Below, piece by piece: positions 18,456 to 28,288 of a stretch of DNA of 64,000 nt (the stretch's first letter is position 1; the number at the start of each line of letters is the position of its first letter). The notes below the pieces were generated by a model, which did not search any database, was not told where the DNA came from, and saw only the letters and a program-made list of their open reading frames with translations. A program made the position numbers and the translations under genes. The DNA comes from a virus, in IMG/VR virus record IMGVR_UViG_3300043409_002042, positions 1 through 64,000 of that record. The stretch is one strand, 5' to 3'.

Positions 18456-20650
18456 ACGCCTCCCTTGATCGCGGCATCGATGCGGCGGCCAATCCAGGCA
18501 ACGCAAGGTATAGCCCATGAGTTGCCCAAGGCTTTGTAGCGTGGGCCGTCTACGTCTTTGACGCGCCATTTGCCGGTTTTTTTGTTTTGCTTGACCTCCA
18601 GGCCTTCGGCCATCATCTGCTCTGGCGTCTCGCTGGGGTCCAATTTGCGCCAGCCATTCCACGTCGGGATGCGGGTGTAGCCGTCCGGGAACCCCTGCAG
18701 GCGCTCGCATTCGACGGGTGTGAGGCGGCGCACGGCCATGGCGTGCATAACGTGCGGGTCTTGGTCGCTTGCTCCGCGACCGTGGCTTGCGGCCAGCGTC
18801 GGAAACACCTCTGTGTTAGGTTCGCTGCCGCATCCCCTTTTTAAGTTTCCGGGCTGGAACGCCACCGGCGCAGCCACCGCCCCCACCCCAATCCCACCGC
18901 GCCCGCCGTTTGGCGTCAGCAGCGCGTTGGCCGTGCCGTCCCGCCGGTACTCCAGCTGGTGCGTGTCGCCGCGCCCGCGAATTGCCAGGGTGTAGGGTTG
19001 GGCGACTGCAATGCTTGCCTGCCCAGTCCTTGACGACCCGCACCCCAGCCCGTGCGTGGTGCCATCTGTGCTGCTGATCGGGGTTTGGGTGGGGTGGAAG
19101 GCGATCGGCTCAGATTGGTCTGCATACGCAATATTTCGCTCTTCTCCGCAGCGTGGGCACTCGGCGGGGATCGGAGTTTTATCGCCGACTCCGGTCGCGT
19201 ACTTGTCAGCGAAAGACTCTCCGCAGCTCATGCACTTGTAGTGATGTACGGCCACCGCCACCACGTTCATCCCCCGATCCGCGCACGGGCTGCTGTCGTG
19301 GCGCGCGGTCAGCGTGCCAGCGGTGTCGCCGAATTGGGTGACTGGCACGATGTACTGATCACGCATCTGCCCGCTGACTTGATTGTGGCTGGTGTCGCTT
19401 GGGCCGCCAGCTGTCATTGTGGGCATGGTTTCGACGTGGTCGATCGACTGAAACACCGCAGGCGGCGGGCTGTTGGCGTCCAGGCTGGTGGTGTACTCTG
19501 CGTAGACCTTGCCCGCCTGGTTGCTGGCGGTGTTGTGCAGTTTGGTGGAGTAGGCAATATTGAGGTTCCCGCTGGCGTGCGCCTCTTTTGTGAGAGCTGG
19601 ATTGACGCCATCCACGCTTGTGATCCGGTCGTGTGCGTAGTCGTGGCTGTAGTGTGCGTATTTCACGCCCGTCCCAGGCTGCACCAGAAACGTCTCTGTC
19701 TCAAAGCCCCCTTTGTAACCGCTGCCTGGATGGGCCAGGAGCGCAGGGGTGACGTCAATGGAGCTGCTGGTGCGGTTGCCGCCGAAGGCGACCGGAATCA
19801 GGCTGTCTGCGGTGTCCACGTCAGTGCCTGGTGGTCGGTCTCCGCCTGTCTTGTTGCCGCCCGCTCTGAGTGTGGGGCACACCGCAACTACTGGGTCTTG
19901 CCCCCGTGTGTCCCCCGTTCGCTCGACGCCACGGCCACTGCTTGTAAGGCATGGAGCAGTTGCGTGGGCAGTTGTTTCCCGCGCTTCTCGGCTCGGCGCA
20001 GTATCCCGGCGCACGCAGTCGGGCTCAAAAAGTACCGCTGCGGGATCGAACCCGTCTCGAGAACTTGCGACAACGAACACACGGCGGCGTCGCTGGGCCA
20101 GTCCGAAAAATTGTGCGTCAAGCAATCGCCACGCAAGTGCTCTTTTGGGTCCAAGCACATAACCAGCGTTCGACCATTTTCCCCCTGGTGGCTGGAGCGG
20201 ATCATCTTCGCCGGCAAGTCCTGCCAGAAAGCACCCGAAGGCGTTATCGGACGTCGACAAAACTCCGGGCACGTTCTCCCAAAATATGACGGCGGGGGCG
20301 TCGCCTCGGGCGACTCGAACAGTGTCAATTGCATTTGCTATCTCGCAAAAAGTAAGTGAAAGGTTGCCGCGTGCGTCGTCCAGTGATCGACGCAGGCCCG
20401 CGACCGAGAAAGCCTGACACGGCGTCCCGCCGCAAAAAACATCAGGCGCAGGAACTTCGCCGCTGGCGATGCGCTCGGGCAGCGCGGTCATGTCGCCAAG
20501 ATTGGGTACTTCAGGGTAGTGATGCGCCAGCACGGCGCTGGCAAATGGATCAATCTCTGCAAGCCAAGCGGCACGCCACCCTAGTGAGTTCCAGGCAACG
20601 CTTGCGGCTTCTATCCCTGAGCAAGCCGATCCGAATTCAATTTCATTCAT
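18452..20650 (-). CDS. C5 DNA cytosine methyltransferase with very long variable region
   Basis: ACSGIEA, GGTPCQAFS, WENVPG, QRRRRVF, RRLTPVECERLQGFPD, YKALGNS. Confidence 0.93.
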   Translation of the reverse strand: MNEIEFGSACSGIEAASVAWNSLGWRAAWLAEIDPFASAVLAHHYPEVPNLGDMTALPERIASGEVPAPDVFCGGTPCQAFSVAGLRRSLDDARGNLSLTFCEIANAIDTVRVARGDAPAVIFWENVPGVLSTSDNAFGCFLAGLAGEDDPLQPPGGKWSNAGYVLGPKRALAWRLLDAQFFGLAQRRRRVFVVASSRDGFDPAAVLFEPDCVRRDTAPSREARETTAHATAPCLTSSGRGVERTGDTRGQDPVVAVCPTLRAGGNKTGGDRPPGTDVDTADSLIPVAFGGNRTSSSIDVTPALLAHPGSGYKGGFETETFLVQPGTGVKYAHYSHDYAHDRITSVDGVNPALTKEAHASGNLNIAYSTKLHNTASNQAGKVYAEYTTSLDANSPPPAVFQSIDHVETMPTMTAGGPSDTSHNQVSGQMRDQYIVPVTQFGDTAGTLTARHDSSPCADRGMNVVAVAVHHYKCMSCGESFADKYATGVGDKTPIPAECPRCGEERNIAYADQSEPIAFHPTQTPISSTDGTTHGLGCGSSRTGQASIAVAQPYTLAIRGRGDTHQLEYRRDGTANALLTPNGGRGGIGVGAVAAPVAFQPGNLKRGCGSEPNTEVFPTLAASHGRGASDQDPHVMHAMAVRRLTPVECERLQGFPDGYTRIPTWNGWRKLDPSETPEQMMAEGLEVKQNKKTGKWRVKDVDGPRYKALGNSWAIPCVAWIGRRIDAAIKGGV

Positions 20651-20665
20651 AAAATCTTTTGTTGG

Positions 20666-20875
20666 TCACGACCGCTGGCTGTCCACGCGATGCCTGCACC
20701 TTTGGCACCCTGGGTCGGCTTGCCCCTGGGGGGTCTTGGTGTACTGACAGTCCTTGGTCATGGGATCTGTGATGGTGATCAAAACGGGGGTTCGGCTGCC
20801 CTGGTGCGACTGCCATCCGGCTTGCACGGTGACGAGGTCGTTCAGGGGTTCGCGGTTGTGGCAGCCGTAGGTCAT
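20666..20875 (-). CDS. Small Cys-containing hypothetical protein
   Basis: MTYGCHNR...DCQY...DPGCQRC; ATGA-coupled. Confidence 0.6.
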   Translation of the reverse strand: MTYGCHNREPLNDLVTVQAGWQSHQGSRTPVLITITDPMTKDCQYTKTPQGQADPGCQRCRHRVDSQRS

Positions 20876-21489
20876 GATGCGCTGCTGATGCCGTAAAGAC
20901 GCCGGAAGTCATTGGCAGACCGCTGCGCCACTAGGACAACAGACTCGCCTGGTACCCAGTCAATCGGCTCTGAAACGCCTGGCAGTCGAAAAACGGCGCG
21001 CATTTTTATGTGCGTTCTGCCGCCACGGTATGTCACGATGTTTGTGGCATCGGGCCATCTGAGGCATGTGGCCTCAATGGCTGCCGACTGCCGGCGCTTG
21101 GTGTCTTCTTGATCCGCCCATCCCTGCATCATGCAGGCGTGGCTGCAGTAGTGGAGGCCCTTGGCATCGGTGACAGGGCTGCACTCGTCGTCTCGGTCAT
21201 CGTCGGAGCCGTACTCACGCCGCCCCTCTTCGTCGAAAGTGCACGAGCAGCTCGCGCAGGAGTGCCACCAGCCGTTTGGCAGGGTGGCACTGAGTGGTAC
21301 CGGGCCTGGTGCGTACTTGTCGAACTCCGGCTCTCGGCGGCAAAATTCGACTTCGTCGGAGTCCATGCCCAGCTTCTTTGCGCCATAGCGGCGAGCGGCC
21401 GCACTGTTGTTGGCAAAGACAATCTCGCTTCCTTCGTCGTCGCTTGCTTTGACAACGTAGGCTTTTGTGGGGTGGGTGGTGGTAGTCAT
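20872..21489 (-). CDS. Hypothetical Zn-binding phage protein
   Basis: GWWHSCASC ... HYCSHAC. Confidence 0.65.
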   Translation of the reverse strand: MTTTTHPTKAYVVKASDDEGSEIVFANNSAAARRYGAKKLGMDSDEVEFCRREPEFDKYAPGPVPLSATLPNGWWHSCASCSCTFDEEGRREYGSDDDRDDECSPVTDAKGLHYCSHACMMQGWADQEDTKRRQSAAIEATCLRWPDATNIVTYRGGRTHIKMRAVFRLPGVSEPIDWVPGESVVLVAQRSANDFRRLYGISSAS

Positions 21490-21525
21490 TTTGGATGAAC
21501 AGGGCCGGTTTCCCGGCCCCTGGTG

Positions 21526-21798
21526 TCACTGGACTGCTTGCTTGAGGCTGGTGCTGACCTTGAATTTCACGGATTTGCTCTCCGCGATCTGGACTGCCTC
21601 ACCGGTCTTTGGGTTGCGGCCGGTGCGCGCGCTGCGCGACTTCGTGAACAGCTTGCCCAGGCCTGGCAGCGGCACTTCGCCCCCCGTAGACAGCTCCATG
21701 GCGGCCACTTCGGCGAGGCTGTCCAAGACTGGCGTGACTTTGCTTGCGGGGATGCCAGCGTGTGTGGCGATTTTCTTTGTCAGATCTGCGAGTTTCAT
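21526..21798 (-). CDS. HU/IHF-family DNA-binding protein
   Basis: LPGLGKL...RSARTGRNPKTGEAVQI..SKSVKFK. Confidence 0.92.
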   Translation of the reverse strand: MKLADLTKKIATHAGIPASKVTPVLDSLAEVAAMELSTGGEVPLPGLGKLFTKSRSARTGRNPKTGEAVQIAESKSVKFKVSTSLKQAVQ

Positions 21799-21861
21799 GC
21801 TGTGATGCTCCTGCCGGTGTTGATGATGCGCGAGAACTACCGGCGTCGTCCTCGCGCGGGG

Positions 21862-22074
21862 TTACCGTTTGTACTGGCTGGTGTTCTGGACCGTTCGCTT
21901 GGCTTCCCAGGCGTCCAGGTCGGTGGTGCGGTACATTACGCGCCCGCCGACTTTGACAAATGGTGGCCCGTCGCCATTGGTGCGCCAGTTTGCCAGCGTC
22001 CGGACGCTGATATTGCCGCTGTATCGAGCGGCGACATCATCCGGTGTCAGGTACTGCTGCTGTGGCTGGCTCAT
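21862..22074 (-). CDS. Excisionase-like HTH protein
   Basis: YLTPDDVA...RTLANWRT..GPPFVKVGGRVMYR. Confidence 0.8.
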   Translation of the reverse strand: MSQPQQQYLTPDDVAARYSGNISVRTLANWRTNGDGPPFVKVGGRVMYRTTDLDAWEAKRTVQNTSQYKR

Positions 22075-23105
22075 CAGAACACGTCCTCGTCATCTGCTGG
22101 CGGCGGGGTCTGCGCTGGTGCCGGTGCCGGGGCCGGAGCCGCCGGCGCTGGCGCTGGTGCGGGGGCGGGCGCAGGCGCGGGGGCTTCTGCAGCGGCAGTC
22201 TGCCGGGTAGCGGCTCGGGTGCTGGCCTTGGGCTGTGGTGCGGCTGCGGTTGCCTGAGCGGTGGCTTTGATCGCGTCAGCGGTGCTGGCCGATGCCTCTG
22301 CGGCTTCTTGCTGCCCAAAGTATTCGGAGGCTGGCTCGCCGTCTCGCAGCGCGTTGTAGATGCCCGTCATCTCGACCAGCTCGTCCAGCAGCACCGAGTC
22401 CAGACCGTGGCCCAAGCGCTTCTCGAGGTGCTGAGTAGTGACGCCAAACTTGGCGAACGCCTGCGTCATCTTGCGCACGCGCACTTCCAGCGGTTCGTCG
22501 TTCGAACCGGCGATGGTCTTCTTGCACTCCTGGATCGCATCCTCGACCAGCCACTTGGGCATCATGGCCAGAATCAGCCCGCGCACCTGCTTGCTGGCGA
22601 CGTTGCTGATTTTCATGTCGATATCGGACTGATCGCGCAGGGCCTTGGGGCCGTCGCGCGTGTCGCGCACGTGCATGATCGTCAGCTGGCGCTTGTTGTA
22701 GTTGTTTTTTTCCATGTCCCAGGCGAAGACCTCAACCTCCGACTTTTTGTTGTCACGGCTCAGTTCTCGGTGCCCGTACTGAAAGTTGCCCACCACCCGG
22801 GCCAATTCCTCGGCCATGCGGATGCTGGGGCCCGTGATCGTGCCGCCGCCTTGTGGCTTGCTGTAAAAAGCCACTGCGGCGAAGGACGGGCTCTTGCACG
22901 CCGTCATCATTTCAGCGTGGGCGGACGTCAGGTCCCGGGGGAATTTCTTCGCGAGGACGAGTTGCCCCTGCGCCTCGGCAATCGCGCGCTCTTGCTCGAC
23001 GGCGACAGCGCCTGCGTTGAGCGCAGCGGGAAGGTTGTTTGCCTTCGCAAATGGCGACGCTTGTTGAGTCGCCTGCGCTTGAATTGTGGTCAGTTCTTGG
23101 CCCAT
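22074..23105 (-). CDS. Putative ssDNA-annealing recombinase
   Basis: AKKFPRD...GPSIRMAEELAR; Ala/Pro linker and acidic tail; co-operonic with RecE-like nuclease. Confidence 0.6.
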   Translation of the reverse strand: MGQELTTIQAQATQQASPFAKANNLPAALNAGAVAVEQERAIAEAQGQLVLAKKFPRDLTSAHAEMMTACKSPSFAAVAFYSKPQGGGTITGPSIRMAEELARVVGNFQYGHRELSRDNKKSEVEVFAWDMEKNNYNKRQLTIMHVRDTRDGPKALRDQSDIDMKISNVASKQVRGLILAMMPKWLVEDAIQECKKTIAGSNDEPLEVRVRKMTQAFAKFGVTTQHLEKRLGHGLDSVLLDELVEMTGIYNALRDGEPASEYFGQQEAAEASASTADAIKATAQATAAAPQPKASTRAATRQTAAAEAPAPAPAPAPAPAPAAPAPAPAPAQTPPPADDEDVF

Positions 23106-23160
23106 GATTACTCCTGTGTTGGTTGATTGGGTTCTTGGATTTTATCCGATTTTCTCGAAT

Positions 23161-24486
23161 TTACTTGGTTTCCACCGAAAATTCACCGTCCGTCACTCGC
23201 GTGACAAAGACCTGCAGTCCAGCGTCCTGCGTTTGCTGCTCAAGTTCTGCGAGGTGATCGCTGTCGAGCAGCTCGCAGCCGTCGAGACACACAAGGCGCA
23301 GGTCGCCGACGCGCATCTCTGCGATGTTGACCGCGATTTCGACTTGCTGGGCGGTGTTCAGGCGGTCGAAGTTGATGCCGTGGCGCCAGATTTCGCCGTC
23401 GCGCACCTCAATGCCCGGGATGGGCATGCTGGCGAGCAGTTCTTCTTTGTATGCGTCGATCGCGTCGATCGCCTCGGTTTGTTTGGTGGCATCAGCTTGC
23501 AGGTCTTTAAGGTCATCTTCCATGGTCTTGATGACTTTTTGGGTCTGCTCACGCTTCGCGGCCGCATCGCGGTTGGCCCGGATGGCCGCCAGCGCCTGGT
23601 TGATCGGCATCAATGCTTCGATGCGGGTGTCGTTTGCTTTCTGCCGCTGATTTGTGGCCAGCCCCTCGATGCGACGCGCTTCGGTGTCGATCGCGTTGAT
23701 GTCTGCCAACAGATCGGCTTTGATCTTGTCGATCTTTTCTTGGGCTTCGGCTCGCAGTTGCTCTTTCTTTGTGGTGTTCGCCGACTGGATGCCTGCCAGC
23801 TTGGCGGTGATGCGGTCCATTTCGGCTTGGTAAGACTTCTGGTGCTGATCGCGCTGCGCCTGCAGCTCGTCCTCGCTGCCCGTGACACCCTCTGGCGCCT
23901 CTGGCATCGCCAGCCGGAGCTGATTGATCGTGGCGTCTTTTTCTTTGATCGCCCGGTTTGTGCCCGTTCGGTCGTCGTAGACCTGCTGGCGGACCATGTC
24001 GATGATCGCCAGCGCGTTGGTGTCAGCCCTGGGTGGCTCCACCGGGATGCCGCTGATCTTGCTCAGGTGGGCGGCATCCAGCGGCAGGGGCATGCTCTCA
24101 AGCAGGACCTTGACGCGGTCTTTTTTGCTCGCTCGCAGGAACTCAACAGGGTTTACGCTGAGGGTGTCGGTCAACTCTTTGATGACGTCGCTGGGGCGGG
24201 TGACCTTCTTTCCCTGCGGGTCGGTCACGTCGACCGTGGTGGTCTTGGCTGTGACGCGCTTCTTGATCTCGGTGCCGTCGTCCAGAATCAGGACGACCTC
24301 GCCCTTTTCCGCGCCCTTGCGCAGGAGGGTGGCGTCGGCCCCCCCCTTGATGGCCGCTTTGATGGCTTCGAGGACGCTGGTCTTGCCCTGTCCGTTTTTG
24401 CCGGTGATGGCGTTCCAGTTGCCGGCGTCGAACTCAAGCTCTTGAATGCCGAGGAGGTTTTTGATTGAGACGTGTTGGATTTTCAT
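23161..24486 (-). CDS. SMC/Rad50-like coiled-coil ABC ATPase
   Basis: ITGKNGQGKTS, long coiled coil, LNTAQQ, VCLDGCE, FVTRV. Confidence 0.85.
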   Translation of the reverse strand: MKIQHVSIKNLLGIQELEFDAGNWNAITGKNGQGKTSVLEAIKAAIKGGADATLLRKGAEKGEVVLILDDGTEIKKRVTAKTTTVDVTDPQGKKVTRPSDVIKELTDTLSVNPVEFLRASKKDRVKVLLESMPLPLDAAHLSKISGIPVEPPRADTNALAIIDMVRQQVYDDRTGTNRAIKEKDATINQLRLAMPEAPEGVTGSEDELQAQRDQHQKSYQAEMDRITAKLAGIQSANTTKKEQLRAEAQEKIDKIKADLLADINAIDTEARRIEGLATNQRQKANDTRIEALMPINQALAAIRANRDAAAKREQTQKVIKTMEDDLKDLQADATKQTEAIDAIDAYKEELLASMPIPGIEVRDGEIWRHGINFDRLNTAQQVEIAVNIAEMRVGDLRLVCLDGCELLDSDHLAELEQQTQDAGLQVFVTRVTDGEFSVETK

Positions 24487-24490
24487 GGTT

Positions 24491-25099
24491 TTATCGGCCA
24501 ATGGCCTGTTTGATGAGTTGATAAGTGCGCTGTGCGACGCCGCGTTCCGTGCGCCATTCTGGGCACTCTTCGTCCATGGTGGCGCAGATCGTGTCCCACT
24601 GATCGACAAGGCAGGCCCAGGCCGGTGAGACGCTTTTCATTTCCTGGATTCTTGGAGCCAGCTCGGGCGCCTGCTCCAAAAGCAGGCGGCATCGCCGGAA
24701 GTCGGCGGGCTCGTATGGCGTGTCAAAGCCCGATGATCCGGTGGCATCAATGCCGGTCAAATGAGAAAAGATCGCGTTGCTACTCACCCCTCGGTGTCCG
24801 CTCGCCAGCCATTTAGCGGCTGCGTCCGACACGCTTGGGTTTTTTGCCCTGGCCTCCTTCTCTGCATGCGGGGCCTGGGTGGCGCGCAGCTGATCAAGTT
24901 CGTCTTTCGGGCCAATCGCGAATGTTACGCCAAGAACTCGCGCCGTGTCCGCGCACGCAACGGAGCCCTCTGGGGCAAGCTTCGTGAAGGCGATAAAAGC
25001 TGATGCACGCACAGGCCCCGTGATCAGGATGCAGTTGCCACGGTGCTCAACCGTATAGGCGGTGTAGCCGCTGATGTGAGCGGTGATTGCCGTGCTCAT
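24491..25099 (-). CDS. Phage hypothetical protein
   Basis: WLASGHRGVSS...PYEPADFRRCRLLL. Confidence 0.65.
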   Translation of the reverse strand: MSTAITAHISGYTAYTVEHRGNCILITGPVRASAFIAFTKLAPEGSVACADTARVLGVTFAIGPKDELDQLRATQAPHAEKEARAKNPSVSDAAAKWLASGHRGVSSNAIFSHLTGIDATGSSGFDTPYEPADFRRCRLLLEQAPELAPRIQEMKSVSPAWACLVDQWDTICATMDEECPEWRTERGVAQRTYQLIKQAIGR

Positions 25100-25971
25100 A
25101 GCTTGCTCCATCCGGGCAACGCCAGTGGGCGTGGCTCAAAGCCCCAGTCGGGCCACTGCCCGCTTTGGCGGCATGCGGCGATGGTTTCGAGGTTTCGTTG
25201 CGCCGCGATGGCGGCGCGCTCGACCTGGTCGACCTCGGTGAAGTAGACCCCGATCGCGTAGGGCGGCTCTTTCTCAACAGCCAAAAAGACCCAATCTTTG
25301 GGGTGCTCACCGAAAGCCGCATCAAGCACGCGGTGGTACCAGGCGGTCTGCACCGTGTAGCGCAGGTTGGCCGCCGACTTGCCAAAGCCTTCGGGGCTGG
25401 CGTCTTTTGTTGTCTTGACGTCCACGATCATGCGGCCGCTGTCGTGGATGTAGTCCGTCCGGCACTTGATGAGTTCGCCCGTGCCTTGGTCGTGGGCGTA
25501 GAACGACTGCTCGGCCTTGCCGCCGCGCAGCAGGCCAGCAGCCACCGGGTGGCGGTGCACGGCGTCGCGGACGCGCAGGCACGTCATGAAGTCTTCAGGC
25601 TCGAGCACGATTTTTCCAGCGTGTTGCGCATAGAATTCTTCGTACCCGGCTTTGCCGTTCTTGGTGCGACGGTCAAATCCAGGGCTTTCGATAACCTCTT
25701 GAGGGAAGAGGTCGGGCTCAAGAATGGCAATGTGAACAGCTTGCCCCATGATCATCTCAGGCGTTGGCTTGTTTGGCTCTCGCTCGGGGTTGATGTACTT
25801 CTGCCAGTAGTGGAGGGGGCTGCCGGCCGCGATGGTGTCGAGGTGGCTTTTACTGGTTCCTGGACCCGAGTGATATTCGTCATTCGTCCGCTCAAGCAGA
25901 CCGGTTGGGTGAGGCGCAAGGACGCCATCGGCATCCGGGAAAAGCGCAATTGGTGGCGGTGATTCTGTCAT
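25096..25971 (-). CDS. RecE/ExoVIII-like PD-(D/E)XK exonuclease (DUF3799-like)
   Basis: YHSGPGTSKS, GQAVH..ILEP, KCRTD, IVDVKTT, Y.VQTAWY, FLAVEKEPPY. Confidence 0.9.
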   Translation of the reverse strand: MTESPPPIALFPDADGVLAPHPTGLLERTNDEYHSGPGTSKSHLDTIAAGSPLHYWQKYINPEREPNKPTPEMIMGQAVHIAILEPDLFPQEVIESPGFDRRTKNGKAGYEEFYAQHAGKIVLEPEDFMTCLRVRDAVHRHPVAAGLLRGGKAEQSFYAHDQGTGELIKCRTDYIHDSGRMIVDVKTTKDASPEGFGKSAANLRYTVQTAWYHRVLDAAFGEHPKDWVFLAVEKEPPYAIGVYFTEVDQVERAAIAAQRNLETIAACRQSGQWPDWGFEPRPLALPGWSKL

Positions 25972-26033
25972 TTTCTCAGTTCCTTAAAAATTTACGTGGA
26001 GGTCAATTGGTGGACTCGATTTTTACCTGCAAG

Positions 26034-26097
26034 TCACGGCAATTCACGGCTTTATTCTACAGCAGATTTTTTGTTTCTTGCGTTTTTCTGCTAAGAT
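26034..26097. promoter_or_regulatory. Divergent early promoters with tandem TCACGGC operator-like repeats
   Basis: Minus TAGAAT (26054-26059), plus TGcTAAGAT (26089-26097), TCACGGC at 26034 and 26044. Confidence 0.5.
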
Positions 26098-26123
26098 ACT
26101 GAAAATTTTTTTTAAGGACTGCG

Positions 26124-26708
26124 ATGTCAACTTTCTACGAATCCATGGTCAGCCGACTGGCCAACATTGAAGCGCGCGCCAAGGCGCTTGGCTCAAACAT
26201 GACCCAGGTGTGCAAGGCCACCGGCGTGGCCCGGGTTACTTATGAGCGCTGGCGTCAGCGGCCACCGAAGTCGGTCCAGTTGGTGGACGTTCTGGATGCG
26301 CACGTGAGGACGATGGAGGAAGCGCCGCAGAATAGTGAATCCATGGACAAGGTTTATGTCGCCGGGCCTATGACCGGCCTACCACAAGACAATTATCCAG
26401 AGTTCAACCGGGTTTCGGAGTGGCTTCGAGGCCAAGGTTTGGTGGTCCTGAATCCGGCGGAAAACAGACGCCCCCTTGACCCGACATGGCTGAACTGGAT
26501 GCGAATTGCCGTGCCGCTGCTTGTCCAGTGCGATGCAGTTGTTTTGCTGAATGGCTGGGATAAATCTCGTGGAGCTATGATTGAGTACGATCTGGCCCGT
26601 GCGCTTGGCTTGTGGATTTACGCGCTGGATCCAGCTGGGGACGGCGCCGAGCCCAGCTTGACGCTTGTGCACCAGGGCGGCGACGACGTGCCAGGTCGCA
26701 TCGCATGA
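26124..26708 (+). CDS. Cro-like HTH fused to DUF4406 domain
   Basis: N-term MTQVCKATGVARVTYERW; C-term KVYVAGPMTG..NYPEF..LNPAE..CDAVVLLNGWDKSRGAMIE. Confidence 0.75.
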   Translation: MSTFYESMVSRLANIEARAKALGSNMTQVCKATGVARVTYERWRQRPPKSVQLVDVLDAHVRTMEEAPQNSESMDKVYVAGPMTGLPQDNYPEFNRVSEWLRGQGLVVLNPAENRRPLDPTWLNWMRIAVPLLVQCDAVVLLNGWDKSRGAMIEYDLARALGLWIYALDPAGDGAEPSLTLVHQGGDDVPGRIA

Positions 26709-28261
26709 GTTTGCGCGACGCTCTTGCCGGTGTGCCCCTGCGCCAGACGGTGGTGGCCGAGCCCCAGCCAGCGGCGGCCCCGAGCCTGCGCGACTATCAA
26801 GAGGACTTTGTGCATCAGGTGCGGATGGAGTACCGGAGCGGGCATAAGGCGGTGTTGCTTGTGGCAGCTACAGGGGCCGGCAAGACCGTGGTGTTCAGCT
26901 ACATCGCCCGTTCTGCGGCTCAAAAAGGCTCACGGGTGCTGATTCTTGCCCACCGCGACCAACTGATCAAACAGGCCAGCAGAAAGCTGACCGAGAACGG
27001 GGTTCAGCACGGCATCATCATGGCTGGCTTCACCCCTGCCCCGCGCCGCCTGGTGCAGGTGGCCAGCGTGCAGACGCTGGTGCGCCGGATCGAAAAGCTC
27101 AAAGCGGTAGGCGCGACGTTCGACCTGATCGTCATCGATGAGGCTCACCTGTCGGCGGCCGCCAGCTACATGAGGGTGCTGGCGGCCTGGCCAGACGCCC
27201 GAGTCTTGGGTGTGACGGGCTCGCCGATCCGCCTGGACGGCAAAGGGCTGGGTCGTCAAGCCGGGGGCTGTTTTGACACCCTGGTGCAGGGGATTTCAAT
27301 CCGGCAACTGATCGACCAGGGCTACCTCGTTCGCCCTCGCGTTTTCGCGTCGAAGGACGTGATCGATATGTCCGGCATCAAGAAGATCGGCGGGGACTTT
27401 GACACCCATGCCGTGGCCGAGCTGATGGACAAGCCCAAGATCACCGGCGACGCGATCGCGGCGTACCGCAAGCATTGCCCCGGTGTGGGTGCCGTGGCGT
27501 GGTGCGCCAACGTCGCCCATGCGCAGCACGTGGCTGCAGAGTTCAATGCGTCCGGTATCCCGGCTGTGGCCCTGTGCGGCGAAGACGACAGCGTGGCGCG
27601 CGACAAGGCGCTGGCCGACCTGACTGCTGGCCGCATCAAAGTGATCACGTTTGCCATGCTGCTGGTCGAGGGCGTGGACTGCCCGTCGATCGGCGCCGTC
27701 ATCCTTCTGCGGCCCACGATGTCGCTGTCGTCTTACCTGCAGGTGATTGGGCGCGGCCTGCGTCCGATCTTTGCGCCGGGCATGCCGCTGGACACGGCTG
27801 AGCAACGCTTCGCCGCGATTGACGCGGGCCCCAAGGGGCGGTCGTGCTTTGTGATCGACCACGCTGGTCTGACTTTTCGCCACGGCATGGCCGACGAGGA
27901 GCGCGAGTGGTCGCTGGATGGTGCCAAGAAGAAAAAGGGCAAGAAAAAAGAGACCGATAACGTCGTGCCAGTGGCACAATGCCCCAAGTGCTTTGCAGTC
28001 TTCGAACCCGCCGATGTGTGCCCCAATTGTGGCCACGTCATGGAGAAGAAGGTGCGCAAGGGGCCCGAGCATGTCGACGGTGAGCTGACCGAGGTGACCG
28101 CCGAAATGGCGGACGCGATCCGGCGGCAGCGCCGCGCTGAGGTCTATGCGGCGAAGACGTTGGACGACTTGAAATCAATCGGGGCGGCCAAGGGTTACAG
28201 CCCTGGCTGGGCAAAGCACATTTACGAAGCGCGCCAGCGCAAGGCAGCAAGCCGGGCCTGA
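26705..28261 (+). CDS. SF2 DEAH helicase with Zn ribbon
   Basis: LRDYQ, ATGAGKT, IDEAH, TGSP, QVIGRGLR, CPKC..CPNCG. Confidence 0.92.
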   Translation: MSLRDALAGVPLRQTVVAEPQPAAAPSLRDYQEDFVHQVRMEYRSGHKAVLLVAATGAGKTVVFSYIARSAAQKGSRVLILAHRDQLIKQASRKLTENGVQHGIIMAGFTPAPRRLVQVASVQTLVRRIEKLKAVGATFDLIVIDEAHLSAAASYMRVLAAWPDARVLGVTGSPIRLDGKGLGRQAGGCFDTLVQGISIRQLIDQGYLVRPRVFASKDVIDMSGIKKIGGDFDTHAVAELMDKPKITGDAIAAYRKHCPGVGAVAWCANVAHAQHVAAEFNASGIPAVALCGEDDSVARDKALADLTAGRIKVITFAMLLVEGVDCPSIGAVILLRPTMSLSSYLQVIGRGLRPIFAPGMPLDTAEQRFAAIDAGPKGRSCFVIDHAGLTFRHGMADEEREWSLDGAKKKKGKKKETDNVVPVAQCPKCFAVFEPADVCPNCGHVMEKKVRKGPEHVDGELTEVTAEMADAIRRQRRAEVYAAKTLDDLKSIGAAKGYSPGWAKHIYEARQRKAASRA

Positions 28262-28288
28262 GACCGGTGATTTTTTAAAGGGGAATTT

